From a virus (taxonomy: Duplodnaviria; Caudoviricetes), in the IMG/VR virus record IMGVR_UViG_3300028591_000070, positions 160,001 through 224,000 of that record: a stretch of 64,000 nucleotides of DNA; one strand, given 5' to 3'. Shown piece after piece: positions 1 through 7,527 of the stretch. Position numbers and translations under genes: made by a program. Positions within the stretch are counted from its first letter, which is position 1. Each line of letters begins with the position of its first letter. The notes below the pieces were generated by a model that saw nothing but the letters and a program-made list of their open reading frames with translations, did no database searches and was not told where the DNA came from.

Positions 1-38
1 AAATCCAGCAAGTATCGTAGTTTATCCAGGAGCGAAAG

Positions 39-572
39 GTGACCCACTTTTTTAGAGTAATAAAAAACTATTTTAATATTCCATATCAAAGAACTCTTCT
101 TGTTACATTGGATAGTGGAAAACAGATTTATTGTGAAAGAAGAGCTTTTGCTAGTTTTGAAGCAAACAAACAGTGGCTAAAAGAATGGCCAAACCTTAAA
201 GGTAGAGGTGGCAAATACAAAATCTATGAAGGCATTTGGAACCTTTTTCCAGATGATGGAATTGGTTTTGTCCCTCTTAAGCAAATTAAAGATTGTAAGT
301 ATCTAAAAAATGAAGAAGATTTTAATCAGTATAAAGCCTATCGTCTTAGATATTATGAAGAGCATCCAGTTGAAATGTATATGCCTGAAGAAAGAGATGG
401 CGATACTAAAAAGTTTTTAAAATGGATAAATCAACCTAATGTTCAAGAAATGATTAGAAATTGGGTCGATGGATATGGTTATTCAGATGCTTATAATTGG
501 GAAAGTCCAGATATTTTAATGGAGCATATTTATAAAGCAGGACTTAAGGAAGGTAGAGATGGCAGAGTTTAA
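39..572 (+). CDS. hypothetical phage protein
   Basis: 177-aa ORF, GTG start with GGAG SD upstream. Confidence 0.75.
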   Translation: MTHFFRVIKNYFNIPYQRTLLVTLDSGKQIYCERRAFASFEANKQWLKEWPNLKGRGGKYKIYEGIWNLFPDDGIGFVPLKQIKDCKYLKNEEDFNQYKAYRLRYYEEHPVEMYMPEERDGDTKKFLKWINQPNVQEMIRNWVDGYGYSDAYNWESPDILMEHIYKAGLKEGRDGRV

Positions 573-957
573 TTTTGAAAAATGGAAAGCAGATAAAAAG
601 TTTGTAAGTCTTTTAAATAGGTATTATACCGAAAGGCAGTTTTATGAAGAAGCTGTACGAAAGTATAATAAAACAAAAGAAACTTATAGACACTTTTCTA
701 AAGAAGAAAATCAGCTTAGAAAAAGTGTGGAACAATTGAGAAGAGCTCATGGTTTTGGAATGTCTTCTGATAAGGAATGGTCGGCCTTTTATAATAAACA
801 TTTTATTCCACTTACAATGATGAAGAAAAGTGAATTGAATAAAATTCATGCTGAGGATTGTAAACGAGCTAAAGAATTGGTTAAATTACATCAGCATTTA
901 TTTAATAAGGCCTTTTTGGAGCTAAAAGAATTTATTTCTCATTATGGTCCTTTTTAG
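559..957 (+). CDS. hypothetical protein
   Basis: 132-aa ORF overlapping the previous stop; SD-like AAGGAAGG. Confidence 0.8.
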   Translation: MAEFNFEKWKADKKFVSLLNRYYTERQFYEEAVRKYNKTKETYRHFSKEENQLRKSVEQLRRAHGFGMSSDKEWSAFYNKHFIPLTMMKKSELNKIHAEDCKRAKELVKLHQHLFNKAFLELKEFISHYGPF

Positions 958-985
958 TAGTTAATATTTTAATGAGGTATAAGAA

Positions 986-1258
986 ATGAATATATTTCGT
1001 TTTATTTTATTTGTAATTGCCCTTTGTTTTAGTATTGCTTATTGGTGGTACTGTTATGAAAATGGAATTACAGATTTTGTTGGACATTTTTTAGATGAAG
1101 ATGGATTTATTGCAAAGTTTTTATCATTATTAATTGTTGCAGCTTCTATTGGTCTTGTTGTTTGGGCTTTTTTGTCTTGGCTTGGTCCGCTTTTACCGCC
1201 ATCAGATATACAAACTGTGATTCAAGAGGCAGAGCAAGCTGGAGTTGTTTTTGAATAA
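986..1258 (+). CDS. hypothetical membrane protein
   Basis: Two hydrophobic segments; GAGG SD. Confidence 0.75.
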   Translation: MNIFRFILFVIALCFSIAYWWYCYENGITDFVGHFLDEDGFIAKFLSLLIVAASIGLVVWAFLSWLGPLLPPSDIQTVIQEAEQAGVVFE

Positions 1259-1267
1259 GGAGATATT

Positions 1268-1432
1268 ATGACAGTTTATATTATTATAGAGCATGAATTA
1301 AGGAGTGGAACTTCTTATATTTATAATGTTTATCTTGATAAGAAAAAGGCTAAAATTGAAGTTGACAAATTAAATGACTCATGCGGTGAAGATGTTGATT
1401 ACACTCTTGAGTCTCATACAGTAGAGGAGTAA
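1268..1432 (+). CDS. small hypothetical protein (54 aa, MTVYIIIEHELRSG...)
   Basis: AAGGAG SD, ATG..TAA; fills the gap in the operon; not in ORF track. Confidence 0.75.
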   Translation: MTVYIIIEHELRSGTSYIYNVYLDKKKAKIEVDKLNDSCGEDVDYTLESHTVEE

Positions 1433-1435
1433 AAA

Positions 1436-1729
1436 ATGGATTATACAAAAGAAGCGCATATTTTTAGAAAAAAGCCTGTAAATATTACAGCAATTCAGTG
1501 GACTGGAAATAATGTTGAAGAGGTAAAGGCCTTCTTTGGTGGAGATGCTAAAAAGTGTAGTAATCTTGTGGACCTTAATGACCAGCCTATAAAAGGAAAT
1601 TTGATTATCGAGACTCTTGAAGGTAATCATACTGCTTCACCAGGTGATTTTATTATTCGTGGTGTTAAAGGTGAATATTATCCCTGTAAGCCAGATATCT
1701 TCGAGCAGACTTATGAGGTTGTTGAATAA
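1436..1729 (+). CDS. conserved phage protein (PGDYG-like)
   Basis: FRKKPV..AIQW..TLEG..ASPGDFIIRGVKGEYYPCKPDIFEQTY signature. Confidence 0.85.
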   Translation: MDYTKEAHIFRKKPVNITAIQWTGNNVEEVKAFFGGDAKKCSNLVDLNDQPIKGNLIIETLEGNHTASPGDFIIRGVKGEYYPCKPDIFEQTYEVVE

Positions 1730-2142
1730 TGCATGTTTTTCAATATAAAAAGAATAAAAAGATCGAACACTATAAGTATACATGCCTTTCTGGTCTTTTT
1801 ATTCAAGACATGGACTACTATAGAAATAAATTAAATATTGCCCACCAAAGAGCTTCTTCTGCAAATAGACAGATTATTGAAGCAAAGATTAAACTAACTC
1901 AAGCTTTTAAAAACGAACCTCATAGTGAACACCTTAAACAATTAAAAGAAGAATATCACAAGATTAAGCAAGAATGGAAAGAAGCTTCAGATGAAGTTAT
2001 CTCTACAAGATATTGGCTTAATTGTGCATATAGAGCTTATGCAAAATTTAGATTTTTATACCCAAATATAAATGTTGAAGAAAATCTTGTAGATAATCAT
2101 TATAGGAGAAAAAAGCATGAGAAAGTTGACACATCTAGATAA
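1729..2142 (+). CDS. hypothetical coiled-coil protein
   Basis: TAATG-coupled 137-aa ORF. Confidence 0.7.
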   Translation: MHVFQYKKNKKIEHYKYTCLSGLFIQDMDYYRNKLNIAHQRASSANRQIIEAKIKLTQAFKNEPHSEHLKQLKEEYHKIKQEWKEASDEVISTRYWLNCAYRAYAKFRFLYPNINVEENLVDNHYRRKKHEKVDTSR

Positions 2143-2548
2143 AAAGATTTTAATCTCAAATCAGAGAATATTTGAATTAGAAGACCCAAAAAGAAAAAGA
2201 GCACATTTCCTTTGGTTTAAGCTTACAAAGTTGAATAAACTTGCTAAGAAATATGATGTTGAATTATATACAATTCCAAAAGAATTTCATAAGAATTATG
2301 TCTTTAATTATAAAAATAAGAAAGGTGAAGATGCGGTGTATCAACCATTATGCCGAATTACAACAGGTATTTGGACCAAAGATAAAGACTTGTTTTTGTT
2401 TAAACACCTTAGAGAAAGCTGTCCAGATAAAAGACTAATAGTATTTATTGCTTTGCCTTATTTTGAAGGTGGTAAAATAGTACGAAGAAATTTTTATAAG
2501 GAAACTGGTCCTTGTGCCTATCTTGATTTTTTAGTTATGAGTAAATAA
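2117..2548 (+). CDS. hypothetical protein
   Basis: 143-aa ORF, AGGAG SD. Confidence 0.75.
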   Translation: MRKLTHLDKKILISNQRIFELEDPKRKRAHFLWFKLTKLNKLAKKYDVELYTIPKEFHKNYVFNYKNKKGEDAVYQPLCRITTGIWTKDKDLFLFKHLRESCPDKRLIVFIALPYFEGGKIVRRNFYKETGPCAYLDFLVMSK

Positions 2549-2552
2549 AAAG

Positions 2553-2576
2553 AAAGCCACTCAATTGAGTGGCTTT
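2553..2576. terminator. bidirectional intrinsic terminator between + genes and tRNA operon 1
   Basis: AAAGCCACTC-AATT-GAGTGGCTTT hairpin flanked by A and T tracts. Confidence 0.85.
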
Positions 2577-2595
2577 TATTATTTTGTTTTTTAAA

Positions 2596-2684
2596 TTCTG
2601 AGGGCGGGATTCGAACCTGCACGACTCGGGTATGAGTCACCAGAATCAAAATCTGGGGAGATACCAATTACTCTTTACCTCAGA
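2596..2684 (-). tRNA. tRNA-Gln(TTG) with atypical long variable arm
   Basis: TCTGAGG/CCTCAGA acceptor, CCAGA-TTTTGAT-TCTGG anticodon arm, GACTC/GAGTC variable hairpin, TTCGAAT T loop. Confidence 0.8.
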
Positions 2685-2691
2685 GTGAAGA

Positions 2692-2776
2692 CGGATAAGG
2701 TGAGATTCGAACTCACGGAAAGTTTCCAATCACTTCCTTAGCAGGGAAGCCACATAAACCACTCGTGCACTTATCC
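2692..2776 (-). tRNA. tRNA-Ser(GCT)
   Basis: CTTCC-CTGCTAA-GGAAG, long variable arm, G73. Confidence 0.9.
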
Positions 2777-2786
2777 ATAATAAAAT

Positions 2787-2869
2787 TAGGAGCGGTTGGA
2801 TTTGAACCAACATCCACCAGTTAGACGCATTATACTGGACGGTTTATAAGACCGCGCTCATACGCTCCT
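2787..2869 (-). tRNA. tRNA-Ile(TAT), no D arm, long variable region
   Basis: AGGAGCG/CGCTCCT acceptor; only TATGAGC before GCGGT-CTTATAA-ACCGT; T arm GTTGG-TTCAAAT-CCAAC. Confidence 0.7.
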
Positions 2870-2876
2870 ATGGTAG

Positions 2877-2944
2877 TTGGCTACAAGCGAGTCGGACGCT
2901 TCGAACTAGCCTTATGAGAGCCAGTTGGCAAACCTGCGTAACCA
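2877..2944 (-). tRNA. tRNA-Met/Ile2(CAT) with reduced D arm
   Basis: TGGTTAC/GTAGCCA acceptor, CTGGCT-CTCATAA-GGCTAG, T loop TCCGACT. Confidence 0.65.
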
Positions 2945-2951
2945 AAGAAAA

Positions 2952-3110
2952 ATAGCTAGTTCAACATCATTCTGCAGGGTCACTAGCCTTGTTGTCACGT
3001 GGTTTTTTCCTTTATTGGAATGTGATACTTGCTTTCATATCATCTTTTCAGGTCGCAAACCTTCCATAAAGTAAGACAACGTTCTGCACTCCGGAACTTC
3101 CCCAGAATTT
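2952..3110 (-). ncRNA. unknown structured ncRNA inside tRNA operon 1
   Basis: Nested inverted repeats (AGTTC/GAACT, TGCAG/CTGCA, GTTGTC/GACAAC), no ORF. Confidence 0.5.
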
Positions 3111-3183
3111 TTCTAGCGGTAGGAGTCGGACCCACACAAGCTTGATCCAGAGTCAAGAGCACTACCTATTATGCTACGCTAGA
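3111..3183 (-). tRNA. tRNA-Gln(CTG)
   Basis: CTTGA-CTCTGGA-TCAAG; T loop variant TCCGACT. Confidence 0.85.
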
Positions 3184-3184
3184 G

Positions 3185-3258
3185 TCGGCAAGATGGGACT
3201 CGAACCCATAAAATTCACATTTTGAGTGTGACACGTATTCCAATTCCGTCACTCACCG
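3185..3258 (-). tRNA. tRNA-Leu(CAA), short variable loop
   Basis: TCACA-CTCAAAA-TGTGA; Leu-type D loop; no long variable arm. Confidence 0.85.
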
Positions 3259-3264
3259 AAAACA

Positions 3265-3393
3265 AAAAGAAATAAGAATAAGCAAAAGAGTTCTGTGGGA
3301 CTTGAACCCACAAGCCATAAGGCGTTTGATTTGCGATCAAAATGAGTATACCAATTTCTCGAAGTAACTCTTTCAAACTGCATTATTTCTTTT
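3265..3393 (-). ncRNA. YrlA-like Y RNA 1 (non-permuted tRNA-like D/anticodon/variable/T insert)
   Basis: Outer stem AAGAAATAA/TTATTTCTT, TGCAG, AAAGAGT-TACTTCG...ACTCTTT; insert with TTTGA-TCGCAAA-TCAAA and GTTCAAGTCC. Confidence 0.75.
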
Positions 3394-3397
3394 ATAA

Positions 3398-3479
3398 TGG
3401 GCCTGGAGAGATTCGAACTCTCAATCCTTTCGGCGCCTGCCCCTTAAACAGGTGTGCATACCAATTCCACCACAGACCC
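3398..3479 (-). tRNA. tRNA-Leu(AAG)
   Basis: CCTGT-TTAAGGG-GCAGG, long variable arm. Confidence 0.85.
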
Positions 3480-3487
3480 AAATAAAG

Positions 3488-3569
3488 TCGACCAGGAGGG
3501 ATTTGAACCCTCAATCCTTACGGCGTCCGATCTTAAGTCGGATGTGCATTCCAGTTCCACCACTGGTCG
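3488..3569 (-). tRNA. tRNA-Leu(TAA)
   Basis: TCCGA-CTTAAGA-TCGGA, long variable arm. Confidence 0.9.
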
Positions 3570-3576
3570 ATAAATA

Positions 3577-3647
3577 TGTGCTGGAGGGGAGTTGAACCCC
3601 CATGTGAAGAACCACAATCTTCCGTCCTACCGTTGAACGACCAGTAC
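3577..3647 (-). tRNA. tRNA-His(GTG)
   Basis: GAAGA-TTGTGGT-TCTTC. Confidence 0.85.
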
Positions 3648-3649
3648 AG

Positions 3650-3722
3650 TCCCGCTGAGAAGATTTGAACTTCCACTTTATAGATTCTAAGTCTACTGCC
3701 TCTGCCGTTGGGCTACAGCGGG
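3650..3722 (-). tRNA. tRNA-Leu(TAG), short variable loop
   Basis: GTAGA-CTTAGAA-TCTAT; CCCGCTG/CAGCGGG acceptor. Confidence 0.85.
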
Positions 3723-3731
3723 AAAATAAAG

Positions 3732-3804
3732 TGTGAATGGTTGGAATCGAACCAACGACACGAAAATTTTCGGTCTTCTGCTCCACCTACTGAGCCACAT
3801 CCAC
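3732..3804 (-). tRNA. tRNA-Phe(GAA)
   Basis: GAAGA-CCGAAAA-TTTTC (C33). Confidence 0.85.
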
Positions 3805-3811
3805 ATAAGAG

Positions 3812-3882
3812 CCCGGAGACAGGGAGTCGAACCCCAACTTTTGGATCTTCAGTCCAAAGCACTTCCGTTATGCAACCTCCGG
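3812..3882 (-). tRNA. tRNA-Phe(GAA), divergent body
   Basis: TTGGA-CTGAAGA-TCCAA; CCGGAGG/TCTCCGG acceptor. Confidence 0.8.
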
Positions 3883-3916
3883 AAAATAAAAAACCCTCTC
3901 GATTTTTTCGAGAGGG
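3883..3916 (-). terminator. attenuator terminator of tRNA operon 1
   Basis: CCCTCTCGA-AAAAA-TCGAGAGGG followed by TTTTTTATTTT, directly 5' of the first tRNA. Confidence 0.9.
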
Positions 3917-3960
3917 CTCTATAAAAATTAAACTTATTATGAATCTATCACATATCAAAT

Positions 3961-4068
3961 CTAATTTCTATAAAGTCCTCCACCGAATAGGAGTATAAAC
4001 ATTTGCTGTAAAAACAAATGTAACTGGCTGAGAAAACTAAACTGATGTAAACTCATTGTATTGTTCAT
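3961..4068 (-). CDS. leader peptide 1 MNNTMSLHQFSFLSQLHLFLQQMFILLFGGGLYRN (attenuator of tRNA operon 1)
   Basis: AAGGAG SD; codons 5-28 are all M/S/L/H/Q/F/I, the tRNAs downstream; 3' end complementary to terminator 5' arm. Confidence 0.88.
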   Translation of the reverse strand: MNNTMSLHQFSFLSQLHLFLQQMFILLFGGGLYRN

Positions 4069-4101
4069 ACCTATACTCCTTTTATATTAAATTTTATAAT
4101 T

Positions 4102-4146
4102 TAATTAGTACAGTCACTAAAAGTAACTTACATATTTTATATTAAC
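4102..4146 (-). promoter_or_regulatory. tandem promoter motifs GTTAATAT and TGTACTAATTA upstream of leader 1
   Basis: Same pair with similar spacing at 9262-9303 and 23438-23481. Confidence 0.65.
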
Positions 4147-4154
4147 ATAAACTT

Positions 4155-4586
4155 TTAACATGGGTCTCCCCAAGCATTATGTCTTATGTAGGTTGAAAAC
4201 CTGAAACCTTTATTTCTATCAGGTGGAAAAAGATGCACATAACCACTAAGCTCTTTTCTATCCATACCATCAAAAATGGAATATTCTACATACCAACCTG
4301 CATCAGTAAATTGTTTCCATGGAAGAAAGCGAATATCATCTGGAAAGTCTGGACTATCCCAAAAAAGACACGCTCTTGCATCTTCTATGGTATAAGGAAT
4401 TTCAAATACCTTAGTACTTGGATAATTGTTACCCTTATCTAGTTGCTGCTTTAAATCATCAGCAACAGCTTTCATTTTAGCATCAGAGTGCATGTTTATA
4501 TATTTTGCAATAGAATAATCATGTCTCTGTTTAATTTTAGCTTCTTCTTTCTCTACAACTTGTTCATATGTAGGGAAATTTTCCAT
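4155..4586 (-). CDS. hypothetical protein
   Basis: 143-aa ORF with GAAGG SD. Confidence 0.75.
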   Translation of the reverse strand: MENFPTYEQVVEKEEAKIKQRHDYSIAKYINMHSDAKMKAVADDLKQQLDKGNNYPSTKVFEIPYTIEDARACLFWDSPDFPDDIRFLPWKQFTDAGWYVEYSIFDGMDRKELSGYVHLFPPDRNKGFRFSTYIRHNAWGDPC

Positions 4587-4596
4587 AAAAACCTTC

Positions 4597-4878
4597 TTAC
4601 TTTTCAGAAATTAAATCTTCTTCAAAAGACATATGATACAACCAACAAGCTGCAGCTCTGATATTTGCTTCGGCTGCTCCTGGACCTTCAAGTTCAAACA
4701 TTTTAATTAAATCAGGTTCAGTATTGTAAATAGCAACTGCATCACCAGAAAGACCAACGATTAAATCTTCTTTCTTACCATTTTTATGGGTAAGAGTAAT
4801 ACCACCTTCTTTAGCATTCAAAACCTGCTTAAGGCGAGCAATCAGTCTTTTTTCTAAGTCTTCTGAAATTTTAATCAT
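4597..4878 (-). CDS. hypothetical protein
   Basis: 93-aa ORF just downstream of a TTGAAT..TATTCT promoter-like motif. Confidence 0.75.
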   Translation of the reverse strand: MIKISEDLEKRLIARLKQVLNAKEGGITLTHKNGKKEDLIVGLSGDAVAIYNTEPDLIKMFELEGPGAAEANIRAAACWLYHMSFEEDLISEK

Positions 4879-4919
4879 CTTATTTAGAATATACCTCTTT
4901 GAGTTAAAAAATTCAAATC

Positions 4920-5909
4920 TTAATTATAATCTGGCTCGTCTATTTCAAAGTCATTTTCAAAATATTTATCTGGGTTGGCCAATAATTTTTCTTTAGCTAA
5001 ATTAAAAAGCTTATTTCTTAATTCTGGGTCTGTTACATCTTGCTCATCAGATAATTCTCTCATCATGTCTTTGAGCTGAATACTATTTTCATCAATATTT
5101 ACATCAGACCATGAATAATTTACACTATCGTCATATCCTTGGTCGAGGTCGGCGTTCATTATAAGATAAACTAGATAATAAGTACCATCTAATTCAACTT
5201 CAATTTCTTTTTCATATTCACCAGAAGTATCAGAGCTGGCCCATTTACCACCAACCATGCCATTTCCATCATGTGGAACATATCCAGAGTGGTGATTCCA
5301 TGCTTCATTTAAGATATTTTCAAAAAGTTTTTTACTGTCAACTATATTCATATTATAATTAGTACTTTCATTAAACATCTTTGTTATAGCTTCATCATTT
5401 AATTGTTTTGCTAATGGATCTTCTTTATAATGGCTAATTCTTTTTTGAATAAGCTTTTTGGCATAATCTACACTTTGGTCTATAGGTTCAGCATAAAGAT
5501 GAATTAAAGGAATATCACAACCTTTAATATAAATTTCATCAGATTTTTTAGAAACCTTAAACTTACCAAAAATGAGGTGCTCAGATTCATCTGTCCATTT
5601 TGAATCTGTTTTCTGCATTTCATATGAGAGTGTATCTTTTGAAAATTCTACAACTGCAACTGATTTTCTTCCAACACCATTTGAGATATACATAAGTTTA
5701 TCAATATCTGAGGTAGTGCATGTGATTCTTAAATTGACAATACCTTCATAAAAAAGGCGGTCATCTGAGTCTATAATTCTATAAAGTGTTTTACCAGTTT
5801 TACCTTTTGTGAGAATAGTACGTAAGATTTCTGTAGATACATGGGATTTTCTTAGATATTCATTTTTACCATCTTGCCAGAGTTTTTCCCATTTTTCAAA
5901 TTTTGCCAT
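4920..5909 (-). CDS. putative virion internal protein; N-terminal domain possibly ADP-ribosyltransferase-like
   Basis: LYR..CTT..ESEHLI pattern; KKLFENILNEA linker; ACTAAT motif upstream. Confidence 0.5.
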   Translation of the reverse strand: MAKFEKWEKLWQDGKNEYLRKSHVSTEILRTILTKGKTGKTLYRIIDSDDRLFYEGIVNLRITCTTSDIDKLMYISNGVGRKSVAVVEFSKDTLSYEMQKTDSKWTDESEHLIFGKFKVSKKSDEIYIKGCDIPLIHLYAEPIDQSVDYAKKLIQKRISHYKEDPLAKQLNDEAITKMFNESTNYNMNIVDSKKLFENILNEAWNHHSGYVPHDGNGMVGGKWASSDTSGEYEKEIEVELDGTYYLVYLIMNADLDQGYDDSVNYSWSDVNIDENSIQLKDMMRELSDEQDVTDPELRNKLFNLAKEKLLANPDKYFENDFEIDEPDYN

Positions 5910-5934
5910 ATGATAAATTAGTGAGTAATATAAA

Positions 5935-5962
5935 TAAAAAAGAGGCTTATGAAAAGCCTCTT
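5935..5962 (-). terminator. terminator at end of tRNA operon 2
   Basis: AGAGGCTT-TTCAT-AAGCCTCT followed by T tract. Confidence 0.85.
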
Positions 5963-5967
5963 AAAAG

Positions 5968-6045
5968 CCGGAGTAGTAGGAGTCGAACCCACCTTAAAAA
6001 GCTGGTTCCGTAGACCAGTGCACCAATCCGATATGCCATACTCCG
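5968..6045 (-). tRNA. tRNA-Arg(ACG)
   Basis: CTGGT-CTACGGA-ACCAG. Confidence 0.88.
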
Positions 6046-6056
6046 AAAAATAAAAA

Positions 6057-6128
6057 CAGGAGCGGAAGGACTTGAACCTCCACCTGCAGGTTTTGGAGAC
6101 CTGGATGCTACCATTACACCACGCACCT
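6057..6128 (-). tRNA. tRNA-Trp(CCA)
   Basis: CAGGT-CTCCAAA-ACCTG. Confidence 0.92.
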
Positions 6129-6137
6129 ATATTAAAT

Positions 6138-6211
6138 TGAGCCCGGACAGATTCGAACTGTCGACCCTAACATTAAAAGTGTTATGCTACTACCATCTGA
6201 GCTACGGGCCC
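6138..6211 (-). tRNA. tRNA-Lys(TTT)
   Basis: TAACA-CTTTTAA-TGTTA. Confidence 0.92.
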
Positions 6212-6220
6212 GAATTGTAG

Positions 6221-6307
6221 TGAGCGTGAGAGGATTTGAACCTCCGATGGGATTTCTCCGGAAGATTAAGAGTCTTCTGTATTCGACCAAGCTATACTAA
6301 CACGCCC
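6221..6307 (-). tRNA. tRNA-Lys(CTT) with long variable arm
   Basis: GAAGA-CTCTTAA-TCTTC then GGA-GAAA-TCC variable hairpin. Confidence 0.85.
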
Positions 6308-6317
6308 ATTTAAGAAG

Positions 6318-6401
6318 TGAGCGTGAATGGAATCGAACCATCCTAGAGGAAAAATCCTCCCAGATTAAAAGTCTGGTGCACGACCAATGTGCCACACGCC
6401 C
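6318..6401 (-). tRNA. tRNA-Lys(TTT) with long variable arm
   Basis: CCAGA-CTTTTAA-TCTGG then GAGGA-TTTT-TCCTC. Confidence 0.85.
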
Positions 6402-6466
6402 ATTAAGATAAATTGTGTTTCCATTTAATTCTGGCCACTTTCTATCCCAATGGACCGAACAGAAAG

Positions 6467-6634
6467 TTATGGCCTCTGTTTCTTCTTCATTTCTTCTTCA
6501 AATTCCTCTAAACGTTTCTTCCGTTTTTCCTCTCTAGATTCTTTATTAGCTTTGGCTTCTTCAGATTCTTTCATTATGTATTCATAAAGCTTTTTAGCTC
6601 CAGGTCCTTTAAATCTTGGTGCGCCACAATCCAT
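6467..6634 (-). CDS. small charged protein (55 aa, MDCGAPRFKGPGAKKLY...) within tRNA operon 2
   Basis: AAGGAG SD, open 56-codon frame; not in ORF track. Confidence 0.7.
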   Translation of the reverse strand: MDCGAPRFKGPGAKKLYEYIMKESEEAKANKESREEKRKKRLEEFEEEMKKKQRP

Positions 6635-6653
6635 ATAAAAAATCTCCTTTAAG

Positions 6654-6726
6654 AGATGGAGGTGGGAGTCGAACCCACAACGATAAGTTTTGCAGACTTA
6701 CTTCCTAGCCTTTCGGATTCTCCACC
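6654..6726 (-). tRNA. tRNA-Cys(GCA)
   Basis: TAAGT-CTGCAAA-ACTTA, U73. Confidence 0.88.
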
Positions 6727-6805
6727 ATAAACTTATTCATTTGTACAAACTTTTAGTTAACATCAATTTCTACGCCACATTCGAGTAATTGACAAACCTT
6801 AGGCT

Positions 6806-6877
6806 TACTGGATGTAGGAGTCGGACCTACCTAAGTCGTCTTGTAAGGGCGATACCTAGCCGATAGGTTAATCCAGT
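6806..6877 (-). tRNA. tRNA-Val(TAC)
   Basis: TCGCC-CTTACAA-GACGA; T loop TCCGACT. Confidence 0.85.
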
Positions 6878-6883
6878 ATAAAA

Positions 6884-7040
6884 ACATATCATGCAAAATA
6901 CTATATAGTCTAAATATAAATGCTGCAGTTTCGAGATTAATCCTAAACCAGTACTTTGCTTCCCAGTTTGTATAGTTCGTCACACTTAGAAACAAATTAA
7001 GCAGCTTTAAACTACTTCTCCCATATTTTGTTCGATATGT
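6884..7040 (-). ncRNA. unknown rod-like structured ncRNA
   Basis: Terminal stems ACATATC/GATATGT and CAAAATA/TATTTTG, inner GCTGC/GCAGC. Confidence 0.5.
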
Positions 7041-7087
7041 CTGTTATTAGGTAGATCTCACTCAACCAAAGCTGATTTCTACCATAG

Positions 7088-7161
7088 TAGTCCAAGATGG
7101 AATTGAACCATCAACCTTCAGTTTATCAGACTGACACTCTAACCATTTGCGCTATTGGACT
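7088..7161 (-). tRNA. tRNA-Ile(GAT)
   Basis: TCAGT-CTGATAA-ACTGA. Confidence 0.9.
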
Positions 7162-7169
7162 ATAAAATA

Positions 7170-7241
7170 AGTCGTAGATGAATTTCGAAATCACGACCTC
7201 CGAATTGGCAATCCGGCGCTCTGCCTCTGAGCTACTACGAC
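7170..7241 (-). tRNA. tRNA-Gly(GCC)
   Basis: CCGGA-TTGCCAA-TTCGG, U73. Confidence 0.88.
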
Positions 7242-7247
7242 ATGCAT

Positions 7248-7354
7248 ACCATAGAATATTGCAAAAAGTTTATAATCGCGTTCCCCCATAAATATCCTAA
7301 AAATTAAGATACTTATGGCGGAGAACGAAGTAACTCTTTGACTCCGCTTATGGT
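7248..7354 (-). ncRNA. YrlA-like Y RNA 2 (long-hairpin effector)
   Basis: ACCATA/TATGGT, GCGGAG, CAAAGAGTTACTTCG, hairpin CCATAAGTATCTTAA/TTAGGATATTTATGG. Confidence 0.7.
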
Positions 7355-7359
7355 TTTAG

Positions 7360-7520
7360 TCGGTCGGCAGAGAATCGAACTCCACTTTCCCTTTTACTCT
7401 CACAGAGATGAATTCTACTCCAAAAGGCTTCATTCGTAGTTATTCCTTTCTTCTGTAAAACCATATCTCTATTACCCTCAAGGTGTATTCCTTTCATCTA
7501 CGAAAATCCAGGACGACCGA
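7360..7520 (-). ncRNA. tRNA-like RNA (acceptor and T arm) with ~120-nt internal domain
   Basis: TCGGTCG/CGACCGA ends, GGAG-TTCGATT-CTCT T arm. Confidence 0.55.
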
Positions 7521-7527
7521 TAATATT

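Noticed and set aside
3511-3998. ORFs 3511-3786, 3708-3998, 3713-3958, 3733-3924
   Set aside because: They overlap clear tRNA genes and the attenuator, lack SD sites and have GC-biased shadow translations.
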